Below, in pieces: positions 9,592 to 18,854 of a stretch of 64,000 nucleotides of DNA. Position numbers and translations under genes: made by a program. Source of the DNA: an uncultured delta proteobacterium (GTDB lineage: Bacteria > Desulfobacterota > Desulfobacteria > Desulfobacterales > JAHEIW01); NCBI GenBank assembly GCA_963706575.1, contig CAVPNL010000004.1, positions 416,001 to 480,000 on the forward strand. Direction: 5' to 3'. Every line of letters starts with the position of its first letter. The stretch's first letter is position 1. The notes beneath the pieces were generated by a model, which was not told where the DNA came from, searched no databases, and worked only from the letters and a program-made list of their open reading frames with translations.

Positions 9592-10260
9592 TTAATCTCT
9601 GTCAATGTCTTCAGCAATTCTAACAACAATTTCCCGTTCCCCGGGGCTGACTTCCAGCTCAGCCCCGAGCAGACCGCAAAGGCCCTTCTCAGGTTCAACC
9701 GGAAATTGTTTCAATGGGGCTCCCGTCAGACCGCCAAGACCTTTGAAAAAAACCTGGATCCCGGCTTCTGTTTTTTGGGTGACCAGTTCAACCATTTTAT
9801 CTTCACCCGCTGCATCCATTGCAAAATCCAGACATAACCACAGCAGATTCATCAAAAAAAACGGAGAGGTCTTTAACCTCAGCGGGCCTTTATTTAATTT
9901 TGGCTGAACGACAACACCGCGCGTGGATGCAAACCGCCCGGATAAGGCCACCAGCAATTCCAATATGTCATTTAGATCAATGGTTTTGATCGATTCATCA
10001 ACGCTGTGAGCCAGGCGGTTCATGTTTTTCATAATGGCGTCTGCCCGGCCAACCTGTTTCATAACCACCCGGGACATATTTTCCAGTCGCTGCGTCTCGA
10101 TCGCAGCCCCCCGGTCTGCCATGAGTGCAAGGTCCTCGAGAAGCCCGGCATTTTCGTTGATGATCGCCAGTACATTTTTAATTTCATGGGATATCGATGC
10201 CGTCATTTTCCCGAAAAATTGGAGACCGGTCTCAGCGACAATTTCCAACTTGGCACTCAT
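9592..10260 (-). CDS. Sensor-less histidine-kinase-like protein with degenerate ATPase domain
   Basis: H-box ASISHEIKNVLAII is present; N, G1 and G2 boxes not recognisable; start ATG 10260 with RBS AGGGAG (alternative 10302). Confidence 0.8.
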   Translation of the reverse strand: MSAKLEIVAETGLQFFGKMTASISHEIKNVLAIINENAGLLEDLALMADRGAAIETQRLENMSRVVMKQVGRADAIMKNMNRLAHSVDESIKTIDLNDILELLVALSGRFASTRGVVVQPKLNKGPLRLKTSPFFLMNLLWLCLDFAMDAAGEDKMVELVTQKTEAGIQVFFKGLGGLTGAPLKQFPVEPEKGLCGLLGAELEVSPGEREIVVRIAEDIDRD

Positions 10261-10311
10261 ATGCAACTCCCTTTTTGAGATGGATTCTGATGGACGGCTC
10301 ATGCGCCGGGA

Positions 10312-12060
10312 TCATAATTCGCCGGCTTCCTTTTGGTCCTTTGACGGCATCTTTAGCGGCAGCCGGATATTGAAACGGGTTCCCCGGCCGAGCTCGCTTT
10401 GAACGCTGATCTGTCCCCCGATCTCCTGAACCAGCGCATAGGTGACGGCCAGGTCGAGCCCCATTCCACCTTCTCCGGTTCTTGAGTAAAAAAAGGGTTC
10501 GAAAACGTGCTTGAGATCCGTTTTAGTGATGCCCGGGCCGCTATCGGAGAAGGTGATCGAAACAAAATCCGTATCCTCACATTTGGCTTCAATCTCAAGG
10601 CGGCCCCCATCTTTCATGGCTGCCATGGCGTTGTTAAACAGATTAAAAAAAATCTGCTCTAATTTGCCACGATCACTCTCAAATTGTGGAATGTTGTCCG
10701 CTAAATCCACCTGGACCGTGACACACCTGAATTCAGCTTCTTTGGCCAAAACGCTTTTGACCTCGCTGACAATTTCCTGCAGTTTGATGGTCTGGATGCT
10801 GACATTGAGATGGCGCGCAAAATTCAAAAGGCTTTTGGTGACCTCTGCGCACCGTTGCACCGTGGCAAGCACCGAGTCCACTATGCTGATAAGTTTCGGA
10901 TCTTTTTTATACGCTTCGGTCAGGGTGAATATATCTTTGATATGTCCGGCCTTCTCATTAATGATGGCCAGCGGGTTGTTAATTTCATGGGCGACACCGG
11001 AAGCCAGGCGCCCCAGGGAAACCATCTTATTGGTGTATTCGGCCTGATGTAAGGTGTCGACGCGCTCCTGATCGGCCTGGTGAATCTGACCGACCAGCTG
11101 AGAGGCAACGGCGAGGGTTACCAGCAATATCATCAAGATGCTTGCTGCTAAAATCCCCGTAAAGGCCCAACCCGTCTTATACCAGGGCCGCATGAGTTCA
11201 CCTTGCTGTTTGACGATCATTAAAATAAAAGGCGTTTCGGGGATATACGCATAGCCGATCACCGCGCGTTCTTTGTTATCGTTTTGACTCTCGAATACCT
11301 GCGCTTTGGGTGAGTACTCCGGGATGCGACCCGGAATCTTATTAAAAACCGAGCCGTAAAACCGGGAAGGCGTTTGCAGCACACCCTCTCGGTTGATAAC
11401 AAACGTGTCGGTTTTTTCCCCGACCTCAAACTGGGCAATCAATTCATTGAACCTTTGCGCATCCAGGGCTGCGTGTAGCACAAAAAATGAGCCGTCCGGC
11501 AGATTCCTTTTGACGGCCAAATCAAAGTGTGGTTCTTCGCGTAATCCCGTGACCAGTTCACTGATATAGACACCTTCCTGTAAGACTTGACGGAACCAGG
11601 GCTCGTTGTGGTAATCCACGCCTTCCAGCTCGTGAGATCCGACGTAGGATTGCTGTACGCCCGAGCTGACGATGACGCCTAAATGCGTGAACCCGCTGAA
11701 TCTTTTATTGAGGTTATCGAGAATCTCAGCGAGGCGCGCCTTATCATTCAATGCTTCCAGGGAATGATCGTGAGCTATAAAATCTAACACCGACCGACGT
11801 TCCGACACAAAAAGGGAAACTGATCGCCACGAGTTCGAAACCAGCTGAGAGGTGCGCAATTCCAGTTCGGCTTCGGTGGTATCCTGATGCAACCGGTAGC
11901 CGGCTAATGCCCATATGATGAGCGGTACGAGCGCCACGGTTGCGGTAACCAGAACCGCTCGTTTCCAGATCCGGCGAAAATCAAAATGGTGCTTATACGG
12001 TCCGCCGATGGCATCTTCATGATCCCAAAAAGCAGGTTTTAGTCTTTTTAAAAAAGGCAT
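10312..12060 (-). CDS. Membrane sensor histidine kinase (Cache-like periplasmic region)
   Basis: Two TM helices flank ~260 aa; H-box GVAHEINNPL, N-box EQIFFNLFNNA, DSGPGI, FEPFF. Confidence 0.92.
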   Translation of the reverse strand: MPFLKRLKPAFWDHEDAIGGPYKHHFDFRRIWKRAVLVTATVALVPLIIWALAGYRLHQDTTEAELELRTSQLVSNSWRSVSLFVSERRSVLDFIAHDHSLEALNDKARLAEILDNLNKRFSGFTHLGVIVSSGVQQSYVGSHELEGVDYHNEPWFRQVLQEGVYISELVTGLREEPHFDLAVKRNLPDGSFFVLHAALDAQRFNELIAQFEVGEKTDTFVINREGVLQTPSRFYGSVFNKIPGRIPEYSPKAQVFESQNDNKERAVIGYAYIPETPFILMIVKQQGELMRPWYKTGWAFTGILAASILMILLVTLAVASQLVGQIHQADQERVDTLHQAEYTNKMVSLGRLASGVAHEINNPLAIINEKAGHIKDIFTLTEAYKKDPKLISIVDSVLATVQRCAEVTKSLLNFARHLNVSIQTIKLQEIVSEVKSVLAKEAEFRCVTVQVDLADNIPQFESDRGKLEQIFFNLFNNAMAAMKDGGRLEIEAKCEDTDFVSITFSDSGPGITKTDLKHVFEPFFYSRTGEGGMGLDLAVTYALVQEIGGQISVQSELGRGTRFNIRLPLKMPSKDQKEAGEL

Positions 12061-12119
12061 TTTTATTTCAACCCGGTTTGGATGTTATTTGGCCTTGAAT
12101 CGAATGGCTTAAACAAAAC

Positions 12120-13349
12120 TTATTTGCTTTTCTCAGCCTTTTTCTGCTGAATTTTTTCATTGGCCTTTTTGATAATTTCACTAAGCTCATTGATGTCCAG
12201 CGGTTTCTGTAAATAGGCAAAAGCACCCAGCTGCATGCACAATTCACGGTCCTCTTCATGACCATGCCCGGTAAGAACAATTACTTCGATTTCCGGGCGT
12301 GTCTGTTTCACTTTCCGCAGCACTTCAAGGCCGTCAATGCCCGGCATTTTAAGATCGACGATCATCACATCCGGTTCATCTTCGTTGATCAGATTGAGGG
12401 CGGATTCCCCGTCATAAGCGACCGCCGGGCCCAGATCGCGCATCAATAACCGTTCAGAGAGCGTTTGCACAAACTCACGCTCGTCATCTACCAGCAACAC
12501 TTTTGAAGGCATTTCAAAATTGTGTTTGCGATAAATATCTGATTTGTGAAAATCTTTGCCGACTCGGGTTGCCACTGCCATGACACCAGGGACCTGCTCA
12601 GCGATCGATCTGAGCTCATCCTGCAGGCGGCTGAGCATCAGGACATGTTTATTGATGGTAATGTTAATTGAGCCGTCTTTGGCGCTAACGTCCACCGTAT
12701 GCCCCTGCCGCGCCAGGGCCACTTCCGTGGCCGCCGCAAGACGAAAATCCACCAGAGCCTGCTTCGAGCTTTCCGTTAGCCGAACCACATCGCTGACGGC
12801 ATTATCGGCAATAAGGCTGGCTGCATCTGCCGGCGTCATTTTATCCGCCGGGATAACGATATCGTAGAGACCCGCATCCCACGGGTCGCTTTGATTAAAA
12901 AGCATATCGATCCACCCAGCGCAATCCGCTTCGCGCTTTTGAACCAGTTTGGCGGCCTCCTTATCCGATACCCCCTGCTCCTGGGAAGCGGCAGTGATTC
13001 GATATTTCAGGCTGGCGATCAAACAAATCCGCAAGGTGTGGCTGATGGTCTTCGGTATCAGCTGTCCGCAAAAACAGGTCACCAGCGCATTGTCCTCGGG
13101 AATCAGTCCGGCAAGTGCCAGTTTCAGAAAAGCAATGGAGCGCTCCTTCTCCTGGGTAAATTTATTGAACACCGAGGTCCCGGCCGAAAAGGCCCGCATA
13201 ATTTTGCTTTCAGCCATCTCCGAGAGCCGGCTGGCCTCGGCAACAACCTCATTGTCGGTAATCAGACGGTATCCGGTGCGGGAAATGACTTCTTCGATGA
13301 CCGGATTTTCATTGCAGAAACTGCCGCTAAACAGGGTGATAATAGACAT
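12120..13349 (-). CDS. Cytidylate-kinase-like / BON-like / receiver fusion protein
   Basis: N-terminus IITLFSGSFC...LRICLIA..YRI...YDIVI resembles the cytidylate-kinase-like family; short alpha/beta middle part; C-terminal REC (VLLVDDE, IVDLKMPG, LTGHG, LQKP). Confidence 0.8.
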   Translation of the reverse strand: MSIITLFSGSFCNENPVIEEVISRTGYRLITDNEVVAEASRLSEMAESKIMRAFSAGTSVFNKFTQEKERSIAFLKLALAGLIPEDNALVTCFCGQLIPKTISHTLRICLIASLKYRITAASQEQGVSDKEAAKLVQKREADCAGWIDMLFNQSDPWDAGLYDIVIPADKMTPADAASLIADNAVSDVVRLTESSKQALVDFRLAAATEVALARQGHTVDVSAKDGSINITINKHVLMLSRLQDELRSIAEQVPGVMAVATRVGKDFHKSDIYRKHNFEMPSKVLLVDDEREFVQTLSERLLMRDLGPAVAYDGESALNLINEDEPDVMIVDLKMPGIDGLEVLRKVKQTRPEIEVIVLTGHGHEEDRELCMQLGAFAYLQKPLDINELSEIIKKANEKIQQKKAEKSK

Positions 13350-13368
13350 TGATTTAATCCTTCATGAT

Positions 13369-13562
13369 TAGAACCCATCTCAAAAATAGGATTTTGGTTC
13401 AAGATCGCGGCGGGGCCGAGTTTTTCCCGCTAAGCGGGACTTCCCACCTGATCTTAAAATCGTTGTGGGTCGAATCCGCAGGCATACTGTTGTATGTCGA
13501 GGATTTTAAACGAGGCTCCAACAAAGATATTGGGCCAAAAGACATTTTTGAGATGGGTTCTA
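13369..13562. mobile_element. MITE-like element, family A, copy 1
   Basis: Perfect 19-bp terminal inverted repeats TAGAACCCATCTCAAAAAT / ATTTTTGAGATGGGTTCTA; related copy at 39435-39580. Confidence 0.85.
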
Positions 13563-15692
13563 TCATTGTTCAGTGATCCGACATACGGTCTTCAATGGGC
13601 AGTTTTTTTCCGCTGCGCCCCTGTGAGTATGGCGATGGATGGCGCCGATGGCCGATTCAATGGTCGGGTAGATATGATCCTCGCCGATTTTGATAATCAA
13701 ATGCGTGCGTTTCAATACATTCATAACGGCGCGGTTCACCCCGCTAAAAGATATATCAATCCCCGCGCTTCGGACCCGGTCTATTGTCAAAGATAAGGCT
13801 TCTTCACCGGAGGCGTCAAGATCATTGATACTGCCGGCCGAGATGATAATGTGCTTGAGATCTTTTTTGGTTCGCCGCCGATTCCGGATCTGCTCCTCAA
13901 GGTAACTGGCATTTGCGAAAAAAAGCGGCCCGTCAAAGCGAACCACGTCGATATACCTGCACTCTTCCAGGCCGCTGGCGACGGCATCATGCAGCGCCCG
14001 GTCGACATCCAGAGAAAGATCAACGACTTTCGGTCGCATGCTTTTGTAAAGAAAAACGAGGACCGAAAGGATAACGCCCATCAAAATGCCCCTCTCCAGA
14101 TGGGGCGCAAATACAAGCGTGGCGACAAAGGTAATAATGGAAATCGCCCCGTCATACCACTGCGCCCTCCACGCGTGAATAAATCCCCTGATGTTAACCA
14201 ATCCAACCACGGCCATCATGATAATCGCCGCCAGCACGGATTGCGGCAGATAATAAAAAAGCGATGTAAAATATAAAAGAACCACCACCACTGCCAAGCT
14301 GGTAAAGACGCTGGACAGGCTGGAATTTGCCCCGGACTGTAAGTTTACAGCCGATCGGGAGAAAGATCCTGAAGTCGGGTAACTTTGGGCGACAGCGCCG
14401 CAGATATTGGCCAGGCCCTGGCCGATGAGTTCCCGGTTGGGATCGAGCCTTTGGCCGGTGACGGCCGCCATTGCTTTGGCAACGGAGATGGCTTCCATAA
14501 AGCCCAGCAGTGATATGATGACGGCAAAGGGCAACAGATCCAGGATCACATTAAAATTAATGATTGGCATAGAAAGCGATGGTAGGCCCCCGGGAATCTT
14601 ACCAACCACCTCACCGCCTCCCCTCAGCCTCAGGCTGGCCGGTTTAAGCGGTACATTACCCACATGAATACGCCAAAAACGGCCGGTTCCTTTTGCCTTC
14701 TCCGGCGTTGCTCCCTCCGGATAGAATTTGACCGAACCATCTGCCTGTCTGACGCCTTCAAAAATGTAATCCCGTATTATTTTTCTATGGTTTTGGGTCT
14801 GATTTTTATATTGTTCAATTTGAACGGTGATACGCTCGACTGTGTGTTTTATATCAAGTGCTTCAAGTGCCTCCAGCGCCTTTCCGCTGGCCTTAAGATT
14901 AAGGCTCAAAGCAGCCCGCTTTTTTGAAAGCAGCTCAGCAGATTTGATGGCTCGGTTGAATTTCTCGATCGCCGGGCGAATATCGGCAACCTTGATATCA
15001 GCAACATCTACCTGCATCGTCTTTTCAAAATCAAAGCCCCAGGAAAGCAGGGTTGTAACCATCACAGCCACAAGTACATTGGGAATCCGTGGTGCAAACC
15101 GCTTTAATCCATACATAATAATAAAAGCCAGGGTGGCCATAACCAGCGTGGGCCAGTGAGTGTAATGCTCAGCTGCTTGTATAACCCGATAAATTGTTTC
15201 GTGATGGTGAGCGGCTCTTTCCACATAGACACCGAATAATTTCGGCAGTTGTGAGGAAGCGATGATAAGTGCGGCGGCGTTGGTAAAACCGTTAACCACC
15301 GGATGAGAGATGAAATTGACGACAAGACCGAGCTTGAGCACGCCCAGAGCGAACTGAAAAATGCCAACCAGCAGCGCCAGCAATATGGCGTAGGCGATAT
15401 ATTGTTGACTGCCGGCGGTGGCCAACGGCTCAAGGGTTATGGATGTTAAAAGCGAAACCACCGCCACGGGACCGGTGGCCAGCTGGCGGCTGGAGCCGAA
15501 CAGGGAGGCCACCAGGGGTGGAAGAAATGCAGCATACAGGCCGTAGTATGGCGGCAACCCGGCAAGCTCGGCGTATGCCAGAGACTGGGGAATCAGCACC
15601 AGAGCAACCGTCAACCCCGCAAGGATGTCGGCTTTCAGGCTAGCCATTTTATAAACTGCGGGCCAACTCAAAACGGTCAACAATCGATTCAT
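13563..15692 (-). CDS. sulP: SulP/SLC26 anion permease with C-terminal STAS domain
   Basis: DILAGLTVALVLIPQSLAYA, GSSRQLATGP, NRELIGQGLAN, GSFSRSAVN; STAS motif RFDGPLFFAN. Confidence 0.95.
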   Translation of the reverse strand: MNRLLTVLSWPAVYKMASLKADILAGLTVALVLIPQSLAYAELAGLPPYYGLYAAFLPPLVASLFGSSRQLATGPVAVVSLLTSITLEPLATAGSQQYIAYAILLALLVGIFQFALGVLKLGLVVNFISHPVVNGFTNAAALIIASSQLPKLFGVYVERAAHHHETIYRVIQAAEHYTHWPTLVMATLAFIIMYGLKRFAPRIPNVLVAVMVTTLLSWGFDFEKTMQVDVADIKVADIRPAIEKFNRAIKSAELLSKKRAALSLNLKASGKALEALEALDIKHTVERITVQIEQYKNQTQNHRKIIRDYIFEGVRQADGSVKFYPEGATPEKAKGTGRFWRIHVGNVPLKPASLRLRGGGEVVGKIPGGLPSLSMPIINFNVILDLLPFAVIISLLGFMEAISVAKAMAAVTGQRLDPNRELIGQGLANICGAVAQSYPTSGSFSRSAVNLQSGANSSLSSVFTSLAVVVVLLYFTSLFYYLPQSVLAAIIMMAVVGLVNIRGFIHAWRAQWYDGAISIITFVATLVFAPHLERGILMGVILSVLVFLYKSMRPKVVDLSLDVDRALHDAVASGLEECRYIDVVRFDGPLFFANASYLEEQIRNRRRTKKDLKHIIISAGSINDLDASGEEALSLTIDRVRSAGIDISFSGVNRAVMNVLKRTHLIIKIGEDHIYPTIESAIGAIHRHTHRGAAEKNCPLKTVCRITEQ

Positions 15693-16055
15693 CGCAAACC
15701 CATCGTTACGATTTTAAAATACCCGGGTCAAGAAAAAGTTCCCATAAATCGAATAATTTACCGGAATATCGGGAGGCTGATGCGCAAACTGCATGCTGTT
15801 TGGCCGGCTGTAATTCTTTGAAACTTTTGAATGCTTGGGATACAATTAAAAATAAAGCTCCCCGCCCTCCGCCTCTGGCGGACAGGGTACACAGGCGAAG
15901 GCAAATACAATCCAATTATTGCACGCGTCCGATGACACGGGTCGTTGCAGACCGCAAGCGTTTGACACCATTAAAAAAATATTTATATTCACACAGGAAT
16001 TACGCCATCTGAATTTAAGACAATTCAAAGATCTCAATCAAGGGAGAAAGAAATC

Positions 16056-17306
16056 TTGTTGAAAAAAGCAACTGAGGCCACCATACCGGAAAAGCCCAGA
16101 CTCCTGAAACAACTGAAAAAGGGGAAATTTAATATTCCCGATTTCATCTATGTTTCGGCATCCGATTTTAAAAACGGAAGATTTGACGATTTAAAGGCTT
16201 TTCTGGGTCGCCACCGGGAGAGTTTTAAAGTGATCACCCGCAGTGCGCATCCCCATGAGGAATTTTTTAAAGGCGGAACCTTTGATTCATTGGAGACCTA
16301 TGCCGATCCGGGGGGTATTCAATATGCGCGAACCAAAATCATAAATCTGGCGAAAACCGCCAAACAGCTGACCATTAAACGACAGCAACGATTCAATCAT
16401 AGCCCTGAAATTGATCCCGAGAATATGGGCGTTATCGTGATGCCCTTTATCAGCGGCACCAGCGTCATGGCCAAAATGATCGGAAATCATTGGGAATTCG
16501 GATACTGTCGCGACCGCGACCATAAAGTCCAGCGGGAACCCTACATTACCAAAACGCCCCATGATACCAGACTGCTGCAGTTATCAGAAGATATTCAGAA
16601 GCACTTGGGCTACCGGTGTGAAATTGAATATGTTGTATCCGGTGAGGGTGAGATCTATGTCGTTCAGGCCAAAGACATTTCTCACATCGAAACCCTTGAA
16701 CAGCAACAAAGTGAAAGATCGATGAAGCTGGATGGCGTTCGCCGGATCAGAAGGAACCACAATTATCGAGAACGGCCGGTTTATGTGATGGACAACAAGG
16801 AATTTTACCTGAAAATTATTGGTAAATGTGAAGATCTGGTTTGGGGTAATAAAAAAAACAAGCCGGCCATTGAGGATATTCTTGAAATTATCGCCAAATA
16901 TCAGCACGGACTGGAAGACTTTGCTTTAAGACACCATCGGTTTGGTATTCTGGGGCTGTCGATTCAAGAACCGGAAGAACTCTATCAGATCGCCAATCAC
17001 TATCTGGATGATTTTCCCGACTTGCAGTCAGCGCTTTCCAAAAGGCTGCATGACAACTTATACAAAATTGACTATTTTTTATCAGAAGCCGATACCCTGC
17101 TGGCCAAAGACAAGTTCAGGATCAATCTTTGCGGTCACGACGCCTACGGCATCGATACGGTTCGCAACCCCATGTGGTCCATATACTGGTATATGGATAA
17201 ACACGCAATAATGGTCAAAGATTTCAAAAGATTGGGATTTAAAACCGGAGATACGATCGGAATCGAAATTGATTCGGATGAAAAACCAATCGTTTATCGT
17301 CTATAA
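16056..17306 (+). CDS. Protein with PEP-synthase/PPDK N-terminal (ATP-grasp)-like region and unknown C-terminal domain
   Basis: FNIPD, ITRSAHPHEE..KGGTFDSL and EIEYVV...IYVVQAKDI resemble PEP/pyruvate-binding domain motifs; TTG start after AGGGAGA. Confidence 0.65.
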   Translation: MLKKATEATIPEKPRLLKQLKKGKFNIPDFIYVSASDFKNGRFDDLKAFLGRHRESFKVITRSAHPHEEFFKGGTFDSLETYADPGGIQYARTKIINLAKTAKQLTIKRQQRFNHSPEIDPENMGVIVMPFISGTSVMAKMIGNHWEFGYCRDRDHKVQREPYITKTPHDTRLLQLSEDIQKHLGYRCEIEYVVSGEGEIYVVQAKDISHIETLEQQQSERSMKLDGVRRIRRNHNYRERPVYVMDNKEFYLKIIGKCEDLVWGNKKNKPAIEDILEIIAKYQHGLEDFALRHHRFGILGLSIQEPEELYQIANHYLDDFPDLQSALSKRLHDNLYKIDYFLSEADTLLAKDKFRINLCGHDAYGIDTVRNPMWSIYWYMDKHAIMVKDFKRLGFKTGDTIGIEIDSDEKPIVYRL

Positions 17307-17419
17307 TGGAGAGATTCGCGATAGTCGGATGTCCGGCTATTTGACCGCTGTGCTTTGAAGCACCCGGGTTGCCTGCTCGAGAATTCCCTCCGGAAAACCA
17401 ACGACCGGATTCATCGTCA

Positions 17420-17965
17420 CTAGGATTTAATCTCATCGCAAATCTTGGCGAACACATCCGACAGGCGCAATATTCCCACGACTTCATCACCGCCGGTCAC
17501 CAGCAGAGAAAGATAAGGCTGCACAATCAGTTGGTGGGTAGCTTCACCCAATGTGGCATTTTCATCAATATACTCACCCTCAGAGGGTGACTGAATAAAT
17601 TCAGCCACTTTCAGCTGGGCTGCCCGTTCACGGACAAACTGCAAAGGCTTTACCCAAAGCGCATTATCTTCGAGCATGTCCTTGATCAAGTCCGGACTGT
17701 ATCCGGATCGCTCCAGCACATCCATGCCTTCCAATTTGCCGTAATTGGGTTCCAGGGCGACCAGGATGTCTTTCATGGTTATTTTACTTACAACCTTACT
17801 GTCCTCATCCAACACCAGTATGGCACGATGTTTATGCCGGGACGGGTCAAGTTTCTTTTGAGCCTTTTCCAGAGCAAAAACCGCCTCGCGCAAGGTCGCC
17901 ACCCGGGGAACCGTTGCATACTCTTTGACCGGCACCATCAATTCTTTTACCGTTATCGTTTTCAT
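17420..17965 (-). CDS. CBS domain-containing protein
   Basis: VKELMVP...HRAILVLD...SLLVT...VVGILRLSDVF CBS pair. Confidence 0.88.
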   Translation of the reverse strand: MKTITVKELMVPVKEYATVPRVATLREAVFALEKAQKKLDPSRHKHRAILVLDEDSKVVSKITMKDILVALEPNYGKLEGMDVLERSGYSPDLIKDMLEDNALWVKPLQFVRERAAQLKVAEFIQSPSEGEYIDENATLGEATHQLIVQPYLSLLVTGGDEVVGILRLSDVFAKICDEIKS

Positions 17966-18219
17966 GTTATTCTTTCCAAGTCAGATTTATAGGATGCTTG
18001 TCTGATTTTAGATAAAGTACCCGGCCTAACTATATGCAGAATACATCAAATGTCAAAATGAACCTGAGGTAAATTTATTTCAAAGACTTTAAGGGTAACA
18101 CATTGTACCACTTCAACAAAATGAAATGGGTCGAACCATGTTTACCAGTAAAAAAACTATACAAGTTAGCCGAATTATGATAAACGGTCCCACAATTTTA
18201 TCCCAAAATGGAGGTCGCC

Positions 18220-18783
18220 ATGAAATCATACTTGGTGAAAGATTTAATGGTGCTGCTTTCGGAATATGCAACCGTGAACGAAGACGCAACTCTTTTCGAA
18301 GCCGTCCTGGCTCTGGAAAAGGCCCAGGAAAGTTTTGAGGACAAGCACACCCGCTATCGCCACCGGGCAATTCTGATACTGGATAAAGACGGCCAGGTTG
18401 TCGGTAAACTCAGCCAGCTGGATGTGCTCAGAGCTCTGGAACCCAAGTACCAGGAAATGATCCAGGGCGAGGGATTACACCGGTTTGGGTTTTCAAAAGA
18501 ATTCGAGAAATCCATCTTGGAGGATTATCACCTTTTTGCCAACCCCCTGGATGATCTCTGCCGCAAAGCCGGAGAGCAGAACGTCAAAGAATTTATGTAT
18601 ACTCCCACCAAAGGCGAATATGTATCTGAAAACGCATCTCTGGATGTCGCTATCCATCAATTGATCATAGGGCACCACCAATCATTGCTGGTAACCCGTA
18701 AAGAAAAAATTGTGGGGATTTTGCGTCTGACCGATGTATTTGCCGCCGTGTTCAACAAAATGAAAGCGTGTTTTACAGCATAG
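18220..18783 (+). CDS. CBS domain-containing protein
   Basis: Paralogue of 17420-17965; RBS GGAGG before ATG 18220. Confidence 0.88.
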   Translation: MKSYLVKDLMVLLSEYATVNEDATLFEAVLALEKAQESFEDKHTRYRHRAILILDKDGQVVGKLSQLDVLRALEPKYQEMIQGEGLHRFGFSKEFEKSILEDYHLFANPLDDLCRKAGEQNVKEFMYTPTKGEYVSENASLDVAIHQLIIGHHQSLLVTRKEKIVGILRLTDVFAAVFNKMKACFTA

Positions 18784-18854
18784 ACCCTGAAGAATCTCGC
18801 AGATATTCAGCCAACCCAACTAACGGTTTCGAGGGATAGAGGAGGACTCTTTAA

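Noticed and set aside
13364..13576. 70-aa ORF similar to the N-terminal extension of ORF 39421..39864
   Set aside because: The similarity comes from translating the two MITE copies; khpA has its own RBS and ATG at 39634.
15780..15950. Possible sigma54 promoters between sulP and the divergent gene
   Set aside because: Candidates (TGACACG-N5-TTGC; CAGCATG-N4-TTGC on the minus strand) lack the invariant GG or the correct spacing.
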